A DNA stretch of 64,000 bases from the human T2T-CHM13v2.0 reference genome, Homo sapiens. The notes beneath the pieces are model-generated. The model was given only the letters and a program-made list of their open reading frames with translations, made no database searches and had not been told where the DNA came from. Shown here one piece after another: positions 1 to 12,500 of this stretch. Made by a program: the position numbers and the translations under genes. The first letter of the stretch is position 1, and each line of letters begins with the position of its first letter. Location of the stretch: the NCBI RefSeq assembly GCF_009914755.1, contig NC_060939.1. One strand, written 5' to 3'.

Positions 1-942
1 ACAGGGGGATTGCGACCTACCTCTGCACTGATCACGCAGGTGATATAACTCTTCTCTAGTATCTTCCTACAGGGTACTTTGTGACATATCCCTGCACTGA
101 TCACCCAGGTGATCTATCTCTGGTCTAAGCTCTGCCTAAACGGGCATTGTGACAGATCTCTGCACTGATCACTCAGGTGATGTAAGTATTGTCTAGGCTC
201 TGCTTCAAGGGGCCTTGTCACATATCTCTGCACTGATCACCCAGGTGATGTAACTCTTGTCTAGGCTCTGCTTCCAGGGCATATTGTGACATATCTATGC
301 ACTGATCACCTTAGTGATGTAACACTTTGGTAGGCTCGGCCTACAGGGGAATCTTGACATATCTCTGCACTGTTAAGCGAGGTGATTTAACTCTTGTCTA
401 GGCTGTGCCCACAGGGGGATTGAGACATATCTCTGCACTGATCCCGAGGTGATACAACTCTTGCCTGGTCTCTGCCTACTGTGGACCTTGTGACATATCT
501 CTGCACTGATCTCCCAGGTGCTGTAACTTTAGTCTAGGCTCTGGCTACACGGCATTGTGACATATCACTGCAGTGATCACCCAGGCGATATAACTCTTCT
601 CTAGGATCTGACCACAGGGTGCTTTGTGACATATCCCTGCAATGATCACCCAGGTGATATACAACTTGCGAAGGCTCTGCCTACAGGGGCATTGCAATGT
701 ATCTCTGCACTGATCACCTAGGTCTTGTAGCTATTTTCTAGGATCTGCCTACAGGGTGCTTTGTGAGGTGTCCCAGCAAGGATTACCCAGGTGATGTATC
801 TCTCATCAAGGCTCTGCCTACAGGCACATTGTGATGTATCTCTGCACTGATCACCTAGGTCATGTAACTTTTTTCTAGGCTCTACCTACGATGGCATTGT
901 GACATATCTCTGCACTAATCATCCAAGTGATGTAACACTTGT

Positions 943-2848
943 CTAGGATGTGCCTAAATTAACTTTTTGACATAACCCTGTACTGATCATCCAGGTGATG
1001 GAGCTTTTGTCTAGGCTCTGCCTAAGGGGGCATTGTGACATATTTCTGCATTGATCACCCAGGTGGCGAACTCTTCTCTCGGATCTGCCTATGGGGGCAT
1101 TGTGAGAAATCTCTGCACTGATAACCCAGGTGATGTAACTGTTGTGTAACCTCTGCCTACAGGAGAATTGTGAGAGATCTCGTCACTGATTACCCAAGTG
1201 ATGTAACCGTTGTCTAGGCTTTGCATACAGGGGGCTTTGTGACATACCTTTGCACTGATCACCCAGGTGATGTAACACATCTAAGTTCGGCCTAAAGGAG
1301 CTTTGTGACATATCTCTGCACTGATCACTTAGGTGATGTAACACTTTTATAATCACTGCCTACAGGGAATTTTGACAAATCTCTGCACTGATCACCTAGG
1401 TGATGTAACTCTTGTCTACCCTCTGTCCAACGGGGCATTGTGAAATATCTCTGCACTGATCACCCAGGTGATTCAACTCTTGACTAGGAACTGCCTACAG
1501 AGGTTATTGTGAAATATCTCTGCACTGATAAACTAGGTGGTGTAACCCTTGTCCAAGCTCTGCCTACAGCGGCGTTTCCACATATCCCTGAACTGATGAC
1601 AAAGGTGATGTAACTCTTGCCTAGGCTTTGCCTACAGGGAACATTGGACATATATCTGCACTGATCACCCAGGTGATGCAGCTCCTGCCTAGGCTTTGCC
1701 TACAGCGGACATTGTGACATATCACTTCAATGATCACTCATGTGATGCATCTCTTGCCTAGGCTTTGCCTACAGGGGACATTGTGACATATCTCTGCACT
1801 GATCTCCCAGGAGCTGTAACTTTAGTCTAGGCTCTGGCTACACGGCATTGTGACATATCACTGCACTGATCAACCAGGTGATATAACTCTTGTATAGGCT
1901 CTGCCTACAGGGGGATTGTGACCTACCTCTTCACTGATCACCCAGGTGATATAACTCTTCTCTAGGATCTGCCTACAGGGTACTTTGTGACATATCCCTG
2001 CACTGATCACCCAGGTGATCTAACTCTGCTCTAAACTCTGCCTAAAGGGGCATTGTGACAGATCTCTGCACTGATCACTCTGGTGATGTAAGTATTGTCT
2101 AGGCTCTGCTTCAAGGGGCCTTGTCACATATCTCTGCACTGATCACCCAGGTGATGTAACTCTTGTCTAGGCTCTGCTTCCAGGGCATATTGAGACATAT
2201 CTATGCACTGATCACCTTAGTGATGTAACACTTTGGTAGGCTCGGCCTACAGGGGAATGTTGACATATCTCTGCACTGTTAACCGAGGTGATTTAACTCT
2301 TGTCTAGGCTGTGCCCACAGGGGGATTGAGACATATCTCTGCACTGATCCCTAGGTGATACAACTCTTGCCTTGTCTCTGCCTACTGTGGACATTGTGAA
2401 ATATCTCTGCACTGATCTCCCAGGTGCTGTAACTTTACTCTAGGCTCTGGCTACACGGCATTGTGACATATCACTGCACTGATCACCCAGGCGATATAAC
2501 TCTTCTCTAGGATCTGACCACAGGGTGCTTTGTGACATATCCCTGCAATGATCACCCAGGTGATATACCACTTGCCAAGGCTCTGCCTACAGGGGCATTG
2601 CAATGTATCTCTGCAGTGATCACCTAGGTCTTGTAGCTAATTTCTAGGATCTGCCTACAGGGTGCTTTGTGACGTGTCCCAGCAAGGATTACCCAGGTGA
2701 TGTACCTCTCATCAAGGCTCTGCCTACAGGCACATTGTGATGTATCTCTGCACTGATCACCTAGGTCATGTAATTTTTTTCTAGGCTCTACCTACGATGG
2801 CATTGTGACATATCTCTGCACTAATCATCCAAGTGATATAACTCTTGT
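943..2848. repeat. Canonical higher-order repeat unit: 28 monomers, 1906 bp (first complete copy)
   Basis: The landmark starts at 943 and 2849, and I counted 28 distinct monomers between them. The same order and ~1906-bp spacing recur at 6593-18029, 21703-38853 and 56069-61788, and the ORF-track coordinates repeat with this period. Confidence 0.95.
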
Positions 2849-4754
2849 CTAGGATGTGCCTAAATTAACTTTTTGACATAACCCTGTACTGATCATCCAG
2901 GTGATGGAGCTCTTGTCTAGGCTCTGCCTAAAGGGGCATTGTGACATATTTCTGCATTGATCCCCCAGGTGTCGAACTCTTCTCTCGGATCTGCCTATGG
3001 GGGCATTGTGAGAAATCTCTGCACTGATCACCCAGGTGATGTAACTGTTCTGTAACCTCTGCCTACAGGGGAATTGTGAGAGATCTCGTCACTGATTACA
3101 CAAGTGATGTAACCGTTGTCTAGGCTTTGCGTACAGGGGGCTTTGTGACATACCTTTGCACTGATCACCCAGATGATGTAACACATCTAAGTTCGGCCTA
3201 AAGGAGCTTTGTGACATATCTCTGCACTGATCACTTAGGTGATGTAACACTTTTATAATCACTTCCTACAGGGAATTTTGACAAATCTCTGCTCTGATCA
3301 CCTAGGTGATGTAACTCTTTTCTACCCTCTGTCCAACGGGGCATTGTGAAATATCTCTGCACTGATCACCCAGGTGATTCAACTCTTGACTAGGAACTGC
3401 CTACAGAGGTTATTGTGAAATATCTCTGCACTGATCAACAAGGTGGTGTAAACCTTGTCCAAGCGCTGCCTACAGGGGCGTTTCCATATATCCCTGAACT
3501 GATGACAAAGGTGATGTAACTCTTTCCTAGGCTTTGCCTACAGGGTACATTGGACATATATCTGCACTGATCACCCAGGTGATGCAAATCTTGCCTAGGC
3601 TTTGCCTACAGGGGACATTGTGACATATCTCTTCAATGATCACTCATGTGATGCATCTCTTGCCTATGCTTTGCCTACAGGGGACATTGTGACATATCTC
3701 ACCACTGATCTCCCAGGTGCTGTAACTTTAGTCTAGGCTCTGGCTACACGGCATTGTGACATATCACTGCACTGATCAACCAGGTGATATAACTCTTGTA
3801 TAGGCTCTGCCTACAGGGGGATTGTGACCTACCTCTGCACTGATCACCCAGGTGATACAACTCATCTCTAGGATCTGCCTACAAGGTACTTTGTGACATA
3901 TCCCTGCACTGATCACCCAGGTGATCTAACTCTGGTCTAAGCTCTGCCTAAAGGGGCATTGTGACAGATCTCTGCACTGATCACTCTGGTAATGTAAGGA
4001 TTGTCTAGGCTCTGCTTCAAGGGGCCTTGTCACATATCTCTGCACTGATCACTCAGGTGATGTAACTCTTGTTTAGGCTCTGCTTCGAGGGCATATTGTG
4101 ACATATCTATGCACTGATCACCTTAGTGATGTAACACTTTGGTAGGCTCGGTCTACAGGGGAATCTTGACATATCTCTGCACTGTTAACCGAGGTGATTT
4201 AACTCTTGTCTAGGCTGTGCCCACAGGGGGATTGAGACATATCTCTGCACTAATCCCGAGGTGATACAACTCTTGCCTGGTCTCGGCCTACTGTGGACAT
4301 TGTGACATAACTCTGCACTGATCTCCCAGGTGCTGTAACTTTAGTCTAGGCTCTGGCTACACGGCATTGTGACATATCACTGCACTGATCACCCAGGCGA
4401 TATAACTCTTCTCTAGGATCTGACCACAGGGTGCTTTGTGACATATCCCTGCAATGATCACCCAGGTGATATACCTCTTGCCAAGGCTCTGCCTACAGGG
4501 GCATTACAATGTATCTCTGCACTGATCACCTAGGTCTTCTAGCTATTTTCTAGGATCTGCCTACAGGGTGCTTTGTGACGTGTCCCAGCAAGGATTACCC
4601 AGGTGATGTACCTCTCATCAAGTCCCTGCCTACAGGCACATTGTGATGTATCTCTGCACTGATCACCTCGGTCATGTAAATTTTTTCTAGGCTCTACCAA
4701 CGATGTCATTCTGACATATCTCTGCACTAATCATCCAAGTGATGTAACTCTTGT

Positions 4755-6592
4755 CTAGGATGTGCCTAAATTAACTTTTTGACATAACCCTGTACTGATC
4801 ATCCAGGTGATGGAGCTTTTGTCTAGGCTCTGCCTAAGGGGGCATTGTGACATATTTCTGCATTGATCACCCAGGTGGCGAACTCTACTCTCTGATCTGC
4901 CTATGGGGGCATTTTGAGAAATCTCTGCACTGATCACCCAGGTGATGTAACTGTTGTGTAACCTCTGTCTACAGGGGAATTGTGAGAGATCTCGCCACTG
5001 ATTACCCAAGTGATGTAATCGTTGTCTAGGCTTTGCGTACAGGGGGCTTTGTGACATACCTTTGCACTGATCACCCAGGTGATGTAACACATCTAAGTTC
5101 GGCCTAAAGGAGCTTTGTGACATATCTCTGCAGTGATCGCTTAGGTGATGTAACACTTTTATAATCACTGGCTACAGGGAATTTTGACAAACCTCTGCAC
5201 TGGTCACCTAGGTGATGTAACTCTTGTCTACCCTCTGTCCAACGGGGCATTGTGAAATATCTCTGCACTGATCACCCAGGTGATTCAACTCTAGACTAGG
5301 GACTGCCTACAGAGGTTATTGTGAAATATCTCTGCACTGATAAACTAGGTGGTGTAACCCTTGTCCAAGCTCTGCCTACAGGGGCGTTTCCACATATCCC
5401 TGAACTGATGACAGAGGTGATGTAACTCTTGCCTAGGCTTTGCCTACAGGGAACATTGGACATATATCTGCACTGATCACCCAGGTGATGTAACTCTTTC
5501 CTAGGCTTTGCCTACAGGGGACATTGTGACATATCTCTTCAATGATCACTCATGTGATGCATCTCTTGCCTAGGCTTTGCCTACAGGGGACATTGTGACA
5601 TATCTCTGCACTGATCTCCCAGGTGCTGTAACTTTAGTCTAAGCTCTGGCTACACGGCATTGTGACATATCACTGCACTGATCAACCAGGTGATATAACT
5701 CTTGCATAGGCTCTGCCTACAGGGGGATTGTGACCTACCTCTACACTGATCACCCAGGTGATATAACTCTTCTCTAGGATCTTCCTACAGGGTACTTTGT
5801 GACATATCCCTGCACTGATCACCCAGGTGATTTATCTCTGGTCTAAGCTCTGCCTAAAGGGGCCTTGTCACATATCTCTGCACTGATCACCCAGGTGATG
5901 TAACTCTTGTCTAGGCTCTGCTTCCTGGGCATATTTTGACATATCTATGCACTGATCACCTTAGTGACGTAACACTTTGGTAGGCTAGGCCTACAGGGGA
6001 ATCTTGACATATCTCTGCACTGTTAACCGAGGTGATTTAACTCTTGTCTAGGCTGTGCCCACAGGGGGATTGAGACATATCTCTGCACTGATCCCGAGGT
6101 GATACAACTCTTGCCTGGTCTCTGCCTACTGTGGACATTGTGACATATCTCTGCACTGATCTCCCAGGTGCTGTAACTTTAGTCTAGGCTCTGGCTACAC
6201 GGCATTGTGACATATCACTGCACTGATCACCCAGGCGATATAACTCTTCTCTAGGATCTGACCACAGGGTGCTTTGTGACATATCCCTGCAATGATCACC
6301 CAGGTGATATACCACTTGCCAAGGCTCTGCCTACAGGGGCATTGCAATGTATCTCTGCACTGATCACCTAGGTCTTGTAGCTATTTTCTAGGATCTGCCT
6401 ACAGGGTGCTTTGTGAGGTGTCCCAGCAAGGATTACCCAGGTGACGTACCTCTCATCAAGGCTCTGCCTACAGGCACATTGTGATGTATCTCTGCACTGA
6501 TCACCTAGGTCATGTAACTTTTTTCTAGGCTCTACCTACGGTGGCATTGTGACATATCTCTGCACTAATCATCCAAGTGATGTAACTCTTGT
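4755..6592. repeat. 27-mer HOR variant A (1838 bp), M17/M18 fusion, single copy
   Basis: Landmark spacing is 1838. At ~5843-5870 CTAAGCTCTGCCTAAAGGGGC runs straight into CTTGTCACAT, deleting 68 bp. Confidence 0.92.
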
Positions 6593-9500
6593 CTAGGATG
6601 TGCCTAAATTAACTTTTTGACATAACCCTGTACTGATCATCCAGGTGATGGAGCTTTTGTCTAGGCTCTGCCTAAGGGGGCATTGTGACATATTTCTGCA
6701 TTGATCCCCCAGGTGTCGAACTCTTCTCTCGGATCTGCCTATGGGGGCATTGTGAGAAATCTCTGTACTGATCACCCAGGTGATGTAACTGTTGTGTAAC
6801 CTCTGCCTACAGGGGAATTGTGAGAGATCTCGCCACTGATTACCCAAGTGATGTAACCATTGTCTAGGCTTTGCGTACAGGGGGCTTTGTGACATACCTT
6901 TGCACTGATCACCCAGGTGATGTAACACATCAAAGTTCGGCCTAAAGGAGCTTTGTGACATATCTCTGCACTGATCACTTAGGTGATGTAACACTTTTAT
7001 AATCACTGCCTACAGGGAATTTTGACAAATCTCTGCACTGATCACCTAGGTGATGTAACTCTTTTCTACCCTCTGTCCAACGGGGCATTGTGAAATATCT
7101 CTGCACTGATCACCCAGGTGATTCAAATTTTCACTAGGAACTGCCTACAGAGGTTATTGTGAAATATCTCTGCACTGATAAACTAGGTGGTGTAACCCTT
7201 CTCCAAGCTCTGCCTTCAGGGACGTTTCCACATATCCCTGAACTGATGACAGAGGTGATGTAACTCTTGCCTAGGCTTTGCCTGCAGGGAACATTGGACA
7301 TATATCTGCACTGATCACCCAGGTGATGCAACTCTTGCCTTGGCTTTGCCTACAGGGGACATCGTGACATATCTCTTCAATGATCTCTCATGTGATGCAT
7401 CTCTTGCCTAGGCTTTGCCTACAGGGGACATTGTGACATATCTCTGCACTGATCTCCCAGGTGCTGTAACTTTAGTCTAGGCTCCGGCTACACGGCATTG
7501 TGACATATCACTGCACTGATCAACCAGGTGATATAACTCTTGTATAGGCTCTGCCTACAGGGGGATTGTGACCTACCTCTGCATTGATCACCCAGGTGAT
7601 ATAACTCTTCTCTAGGATCTGCTTACAGGGTACTTTGTGACATATCCCTGCACTGATCACCCAGGTGATCTAACTCTGGTCTAAGCTCTGCCTAAACGGG
7701 CATTGTGACAGATCTCTGCACTGATAACTCTGGTGTTGTAAGTATTGTCTAGGCTCTGCTTCAAGGGGCCTTGTCACATATCTCTGCACTGATCACCCAG
7801 GTGATGTAACTCTTGTCTAGGCTCTGCTTCCAGGGCATATTGTGACATATCTATGCACTGATCACCTTAGTGATGTAACACTTTGGTAGGCTCGGCCTAC
7901 AGGGGAATCTTGACATATCTCTGCACTGTTAACCGAGGTGATTTAACTCTTGTCTAGGCTGTGCCCACAGGGGGATTGAGACATATCTCTGCACTGATCC
8001 CGAGGTGATACAACTCTTGCCTGGTCTCTGCCTACTGTGGACATTGTGACATATCTCTGCACTGATCTCCCAGGTGCTGTAACTTTAGTCTAGGCTCTGG
8101 CTACACGGCATTGTGACATATCACTGCACTGATCACCCAGGCGATATAACTCTTCTCTAGGATCTGACCACAGGGTGCTTTGTGACATATCCCTGCAATG
8201 ATCACCCAGGTGATATACCACTTGCCAAGGCTCTGCCTACAGGGGCATTGCAATGTATCTCTGCACTGATCACCTAGGTCTTGTAGCTATTTTCTAGGAT
8301 CTGCCTACAGGGTGCTTTGTGACGTGTCCCAGCAAGGATTACCCAGGTGATGTACCTCTCATCAAGGCTCTGCCTACAGGCACATTGTGATGTATCTCTG
8401 CACTGATCACCTAGGTCATGTAACCATTTCCTAGGCTCTATCTACGATGGCATTGTGACATATCTCGGCACTAATCATCCAAGTGATGTAACACTTGTCT
8501 AGGATGTGCCTAAATTAACTTTTTGACATAACCCTGTACTGATCATCCAGGTGATGGAGCATTTGTCTAGGCTCTGCCTAAGGGGGCATTGTGACATATT
8601 TCTGCATTGATCACCCAGGTGGCGAACTCTTCTCTCGGATCTGCCTATGGGGGCATTGTGAGAAATCTCTGCACTGATAACCCAGGTGATGTAACTGTTG
8701 TGTAACCTCTGCCTACAGGGGAATTGTGAGAGATCTCGTCACTGATTACCCAAGTGATGTAACCGTTGTCTAGGCTTTGCATACAGGGGGCTTTGTGACA
8801 TACCTTTGCACTGATCACCCAGGTGATGTAACACATCTAAGTTCGGCTTAAAGGAGCTTTGTGACATATCTCTGCACTGATCACTTAGGTGATGTAACAC
8901 TTTTATAATCACTCCCTACAGGGAATTTTGAGAAATCTCTGCACTGATCACCTAGGTGATGTAACTCTTGTCTACCCCCTGTCCAACAGGGCATTGTGAA
9001 ATATCTCTGCACTGATCACCCAGGTGATTCAACTCTTGACTAGGAACTGCCTACAGAGGTTATTGTGAAATATCTCTGCACTGATAAACTAGGTGGTGTA
9101 ACCATTGTCCAAGCTCTGCCTACAGGGGCGTTTCCACATATCCCTGAACTGATGACAAAGGTGATGTAACTCTTGCCTAGGCTTTGCCTGCAGGGAACAT
9201 TGGACATATATCTGCACTGATCACCCAGGTGATGCAACTCTTGCCTAGGCTTTGCCTACAGGGGACATTGTGACATATCTCTTCAATGATCACTCATGTG
9301 ATGCATCTCTTGCCTAGGCTTTGCCTACAGGGGACATTGTGACATATCTCTGCACTGATCTCCCAGTTGCTGTAACTTTAGTCTAGGCTCTGGCTACACG
9401 GCATTGTGACATATCACTGCACTGATCAACCAGGTGATATAACTCTTTTATAGGCTCTGCCTACAGGGGGATTGTGACCTACCTCTGCACTGATCACGCA

Positions 9501-12500
9501 GGTGATATAACTCTTCTCTAGTATCTTCCTACAGGGTACTTTGTGACATATCCCTGCACTGATCACCCAGGTGATCTATCTCTGGTCTAAGCTCTGCGTA
9601 AAGGGGCATTGTGACAGATCTCTGCACTGATCACTCAGGTGATGTAAGTATTTTCTAGGCTCTGCTTCAAGGGGCCTTGTCACATATCTCTGCACTGATA
9701 ACCCAGGTGATGTAACTCTTGTCTAGGCTCTGCTTCCAGGGCATATTGTGACATATCTATGCACTGATCACCTTAGTGATGTAACACTTTGGTAGGCTCG
9801 GCCTACAGGGGAATGTTGACATATCTCTGCACTGTTAACCGAGGTGATTTAACTCTTGTCTAGGCTGTGCCCACAGTGGGATTGAGACATATCTCTGCAC
9901 TGATCCCGAGGTGATACAACTCTTGCCTGGTCTCTGCCTACTGTGGACATTGTGACATATCTCTGCACTGATCTCCCAGGTGCTGTAACTTTAGTCTAGG
10001 CTCTGGCTACACGGCATTGTGACATATCACTGCACTGATCACCCAGGCGATATAACTCTTCTCTAGGATCTGACCACAGGGTGCTTTGTGACATATCCCT
10101 GCAATGATCACCCAGGTGACATACAACTTGCCAAGGCTCTGCCTACAGGGGCATTGCAATGTATCTCTGCACTGATCACCTAGGTCTTGTAGCTATTTTC
10201 TAGGATCTGCCTACAGGGTGCTTTGTGAGGTGTCCCAGCAAGGTTTACCCAGGTGATGTATCTCTCATCAAGGCTCTGCCTACAGGCACATTGTGATGTA
10301 TCTCTGCACTGATCACCTAGGTCATGTAACCTTTTTCTAGGCTCTCCCTACGATGGCATTGTGACAATTCTCTGCACTAATCATCCAAGTGATGTAACAC
10401 TTGTCTAGGATGTGCCTAAATTAACTTTTTGACATAACCCTGTACTGATCATCCAGGTGATGGAGCTTTTGTCTAGGCTCTGCCTAAGGGGGCATTGAGA
10501 CATATTTCTGCATTGATCACCCAGGTGGCGAACTCTTCTCTCGGATCTGCCTATGGGGGCATTGTGAGAAATCTCTGCACTGATAACCCAGGTGATGTAA
10601 CTGTTGTGTAACCTCTGCCTACAGGAGAATTGTGAGAGATCTCGTCACTGATTACCCAAGTGATGTAACCGTTGTCTAGGCTTTGCATACAGGGGGCTTT
10701 GTGACATACCTTTGCACTGATCACCCAGGTGATGTAACACATCTAAGTTCGGCCTAAAGGAGCTTTGTGACATATCTCTGCACTGATCACTTAGGTGATG
10801 TAACACTATTATAATGACTGCCTACAGGGAATTTTGACAAATCTCTGCACTGATCAGCTAGGTGATGTAACTCTTGTCTACCCTCTGTCCAACGGGGCAT
10901 TGTGAAATATCTCTGCACTGATCACCCAGGTGATTCAACTCTTGACTAGGAACTGCCTACAGAGGTTATTGTGAAATATCTCTGCACTGATAAACTAGGT
11001 GATGTAACCCTTGTCCAAGCTCTGCCTACAGCGGCGTTTCCACATATCCCTGAACTGATGACAAAGGTGATGTAACTCTTGCCTAGGCTTTGCCTACAGG
11101 GAACATTGGACATATATCTGCACTGATCACCCAGGTGATGCAGCTCCTGCCTAGGCTTTGCCGACAGGGGACATTGTGACATATCACTTCAATGATCACT
11201 CATGTGATGCATCTCTTGCCTAGGCTTTGCCTATAGGGGACATTGTGACATATCTCTGCACTGATCTCCCAGGAGATGTAACTTTAGTCTAGGCTCTGGC
11301 TACACGGCATTGTGACATATCACTGCACTGATCAACCAGGTGATATAACTCTTGTATAGGCTCTGCCTACAGGGGGATTGTGACCTACCTCTGCACTGAT
11401 CACCCAGGTGATATAACTCTTCTCTAGGATCTGCCTACAGGGTACTTTGTGACATATCCCTACACTGATCACCCAGGTGATCTATCTCTGGTCTAAGCTC
11501 TGCCTGAAGGGGCATTGTGACAGATCTCTGCACTGATCACTCAGGTGATGTAAGTATTGTCTAGGCTCGGCTTCAAGGGGCCTTGTCACATATCTCTGCA
11601 CTGATCACCCAGGTGATGTAACTCTTGTCTAGGCTCTGCTTCCAGGGCATATTGTGACATATCTATGCACTGATCACCGTAGTGATGTAACACTTTGGTA
11701 GGCTCGGCCTACAGGGGAATGTTGACATATCTCTGCACTGTTAACCGAGGTGATTTAACTCTTGTCTAGGCTGTGCCCACAGGGGGATTGAGACATATCT
11801 CTGCACTGATCCCGAGGTGATACAACTCTTGCCTGGTCTCTGCCTACTGTGGACATTGTGACATATCTCTGCACTGATCTCCCAGGTGCTGTAACTTTAG
11901 TCTAGGCTCTGGCTACACGGCATTGTGACATATCACTGCACTGATCACCCAGGCGATATAACTCTTCTCTAGGATCTGACCACAGGGTGCTTTGTGACAT
12001 ATCCCTGCAATGATCACCCAGGTGATATACCACTTGCCAAGGCTCTGCCTACAGGGGCATTGCAATGTATCTCTGCACTGATCACCTAGCTCTTGTAGCT
12101 ATTTTCTAGGATCTGCCTACAGGGTGCTTTGTGACGTGTCCCAGCAAGGATTACCCAGGTGATGTACCTCTCATCAAGGCTCTGCCTACAGGCACATTGT
12201 GATGTATCTCTGCACTGATCACCTAGGTCATGTAACCTTTTTCTAGGCTCTACCTACGATGGCATTGTGACATATCTCTGCACTAATCATCCAAGTGATG
12301 TAACACTTGTCTAGGATGTGCCTAAATTAACTTTTTGACATAACCCTGTACTGATCATCCAGGTGATGGAGCTTTTGTCTAGGCTCTGCCTAAGGGGGCA
12401 TTGTGACATATTTCTGCATTGATCACCCAGGTGGCGAACTCTTCTCTCGGATCTGCCTATGGGGGCATTGTGAGAAATCTCTGCACTGATAACCCCGGTG

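Noticed and set aside
4755-5168. Recurring 137-aa minus-strand ORF rich in His/Cys (LHHLGDQCRDMSQ), superficially zinc-finger-like; also at 6593, 38853, 46202, 48176, 50150, 52121 and 54095
   Set aside because: It is the satellite monomer translated. There is no C2H2 spacing, and it is open or closed depending on a single substitution (e.g. CGCCACTG vs CGTCACTG). Nothing supports coding function.
7134-7331. 65-aa and 60-aa ORFs repeated once per HOR
   Set aside because: Their recurrence simply reflects the DNA repeat. The non-triplet 68-bp monomer gives short chance ORFs.
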